NCBI GenBank assembly: GCA_964510585.1
Contig: CAZECW010000211.1
Coordinates: 1-6,383 of the forward strand
Length of the DNA: 6,383 nt
Direction: 5' to 3'
Source: an uncultured archaeon
GTDB taxonomy: Archaea; Asgardarchaeota; Jordiarchaeia; Jordiarchaeales; Jordiarchaeaceae
Shown piece by piece: positions 6,251-6,383 of the stretch (the stretch's first letter is position 1; each line of letters starts with the position of its first letter). A program made the position numbers and the translations under genes. Below the pieces are notes generated by a model. That model ran no database searches and was not told the DNA's origin. It was given only the letters and a program-made list of their open reading frames with translations.

Positions 6251-6383
6251 AAAACCTTGGCGAGAAAGCCCCCGACTTTAGTCGTGGGGATGAATCGCCA
6301 GAAAGTTTATTTGAAAGTATGGTATATAAATAGTTGTTGGTAGCTGAAGGGTTTGGCTTGGGCTTAAGAGGCTAAACAAGACG
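6251..6383 (+). mobile_element. Left end of an IS200/IS605-family (IS608-like) element or derived MITE, running off the window
   Basis: TTAC (6247-6250) is followed by AAAACCTTGGCGAG, then AAAG (6265-6268) at the foot of an imperfect hairpin CCCCCGACT-TT-AGTCGTGGGG (6269-6289). An outer stem TGGCGA (6258-6263)/TCGCCA (6295-6300) encloses it. This matches the IS608 left-end layout: TTAC cleavage site, AAAG guide and subterminal hairpin. Confidence 0.8.
6323..6332. promoter_or_regulatory. TATA-like element inside the IS end, readable on either strand
   Basis: The + strand reads TATATAAATA. The - strand reads TTTATATA (6330-6323), which fits the archaeal TTTAWATA consensus. Confidence 0.4.

Noticed and set aside
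6334-6383. Possible start of tnpA/tnpB ('LKRLNKT' frame; 13-codon TTG ORF 6334..6375)
   Set aside because: The LKRLNKT frame has a TGA at 6345-6347 and no start codon after it. The other ORF is too short, so no CDS can be supported.
1-6383. CRISPR arrays, tRNA/rRNA genes, selenocysteine or pyrrolysine read-through, frameshifts
   Set aside because: I saw no periodic repeats, cloverleaf-like segments or interrupted reading frames. All main ORFs are full length for their families.

Overview
This looks like an archaeal window: GGAGGT/GGTGAT Shine-Dalgarno sites, TTTATAAA-type TATA boxes, an oligo-T terminator and a split mutase. An Asgard or other anaerobic heterotrophic lineage is my guess, not shown by the sequence. 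It holds an acyl-CoA/lipid catabolism cluster. The + strand carries the 3' end of an unidentified protein and a stand-alone SCP2 lipid-carrier protein. The - strand carries, in transcription order, a class I CoA-transferase-fold alpha/beta pair, an MFE-2/Rv3548c-like SDR dehydrogenase, a DUF35 Zn-ribbon/OB-fold protein and the substrate-binding large subunit of a split methylmalonyl-CoA mutase. The window ends in the left end of an IS608-like IS200/IS605 element (TTAC target, AAAG guide, subterminal hairpin). The most notable signal is that the CoA-transferase beta subunit appears to lack the canonical catalytic glutamate. With the neighbouring genes, this recalls the actinobacterial IpdAB steroid ring-cleavage locus and suggests a repurposed, non-transferase enzyme in a lipid or ring-degradation pathway. 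All family assignments come from motifs I recognise, not from database searches.
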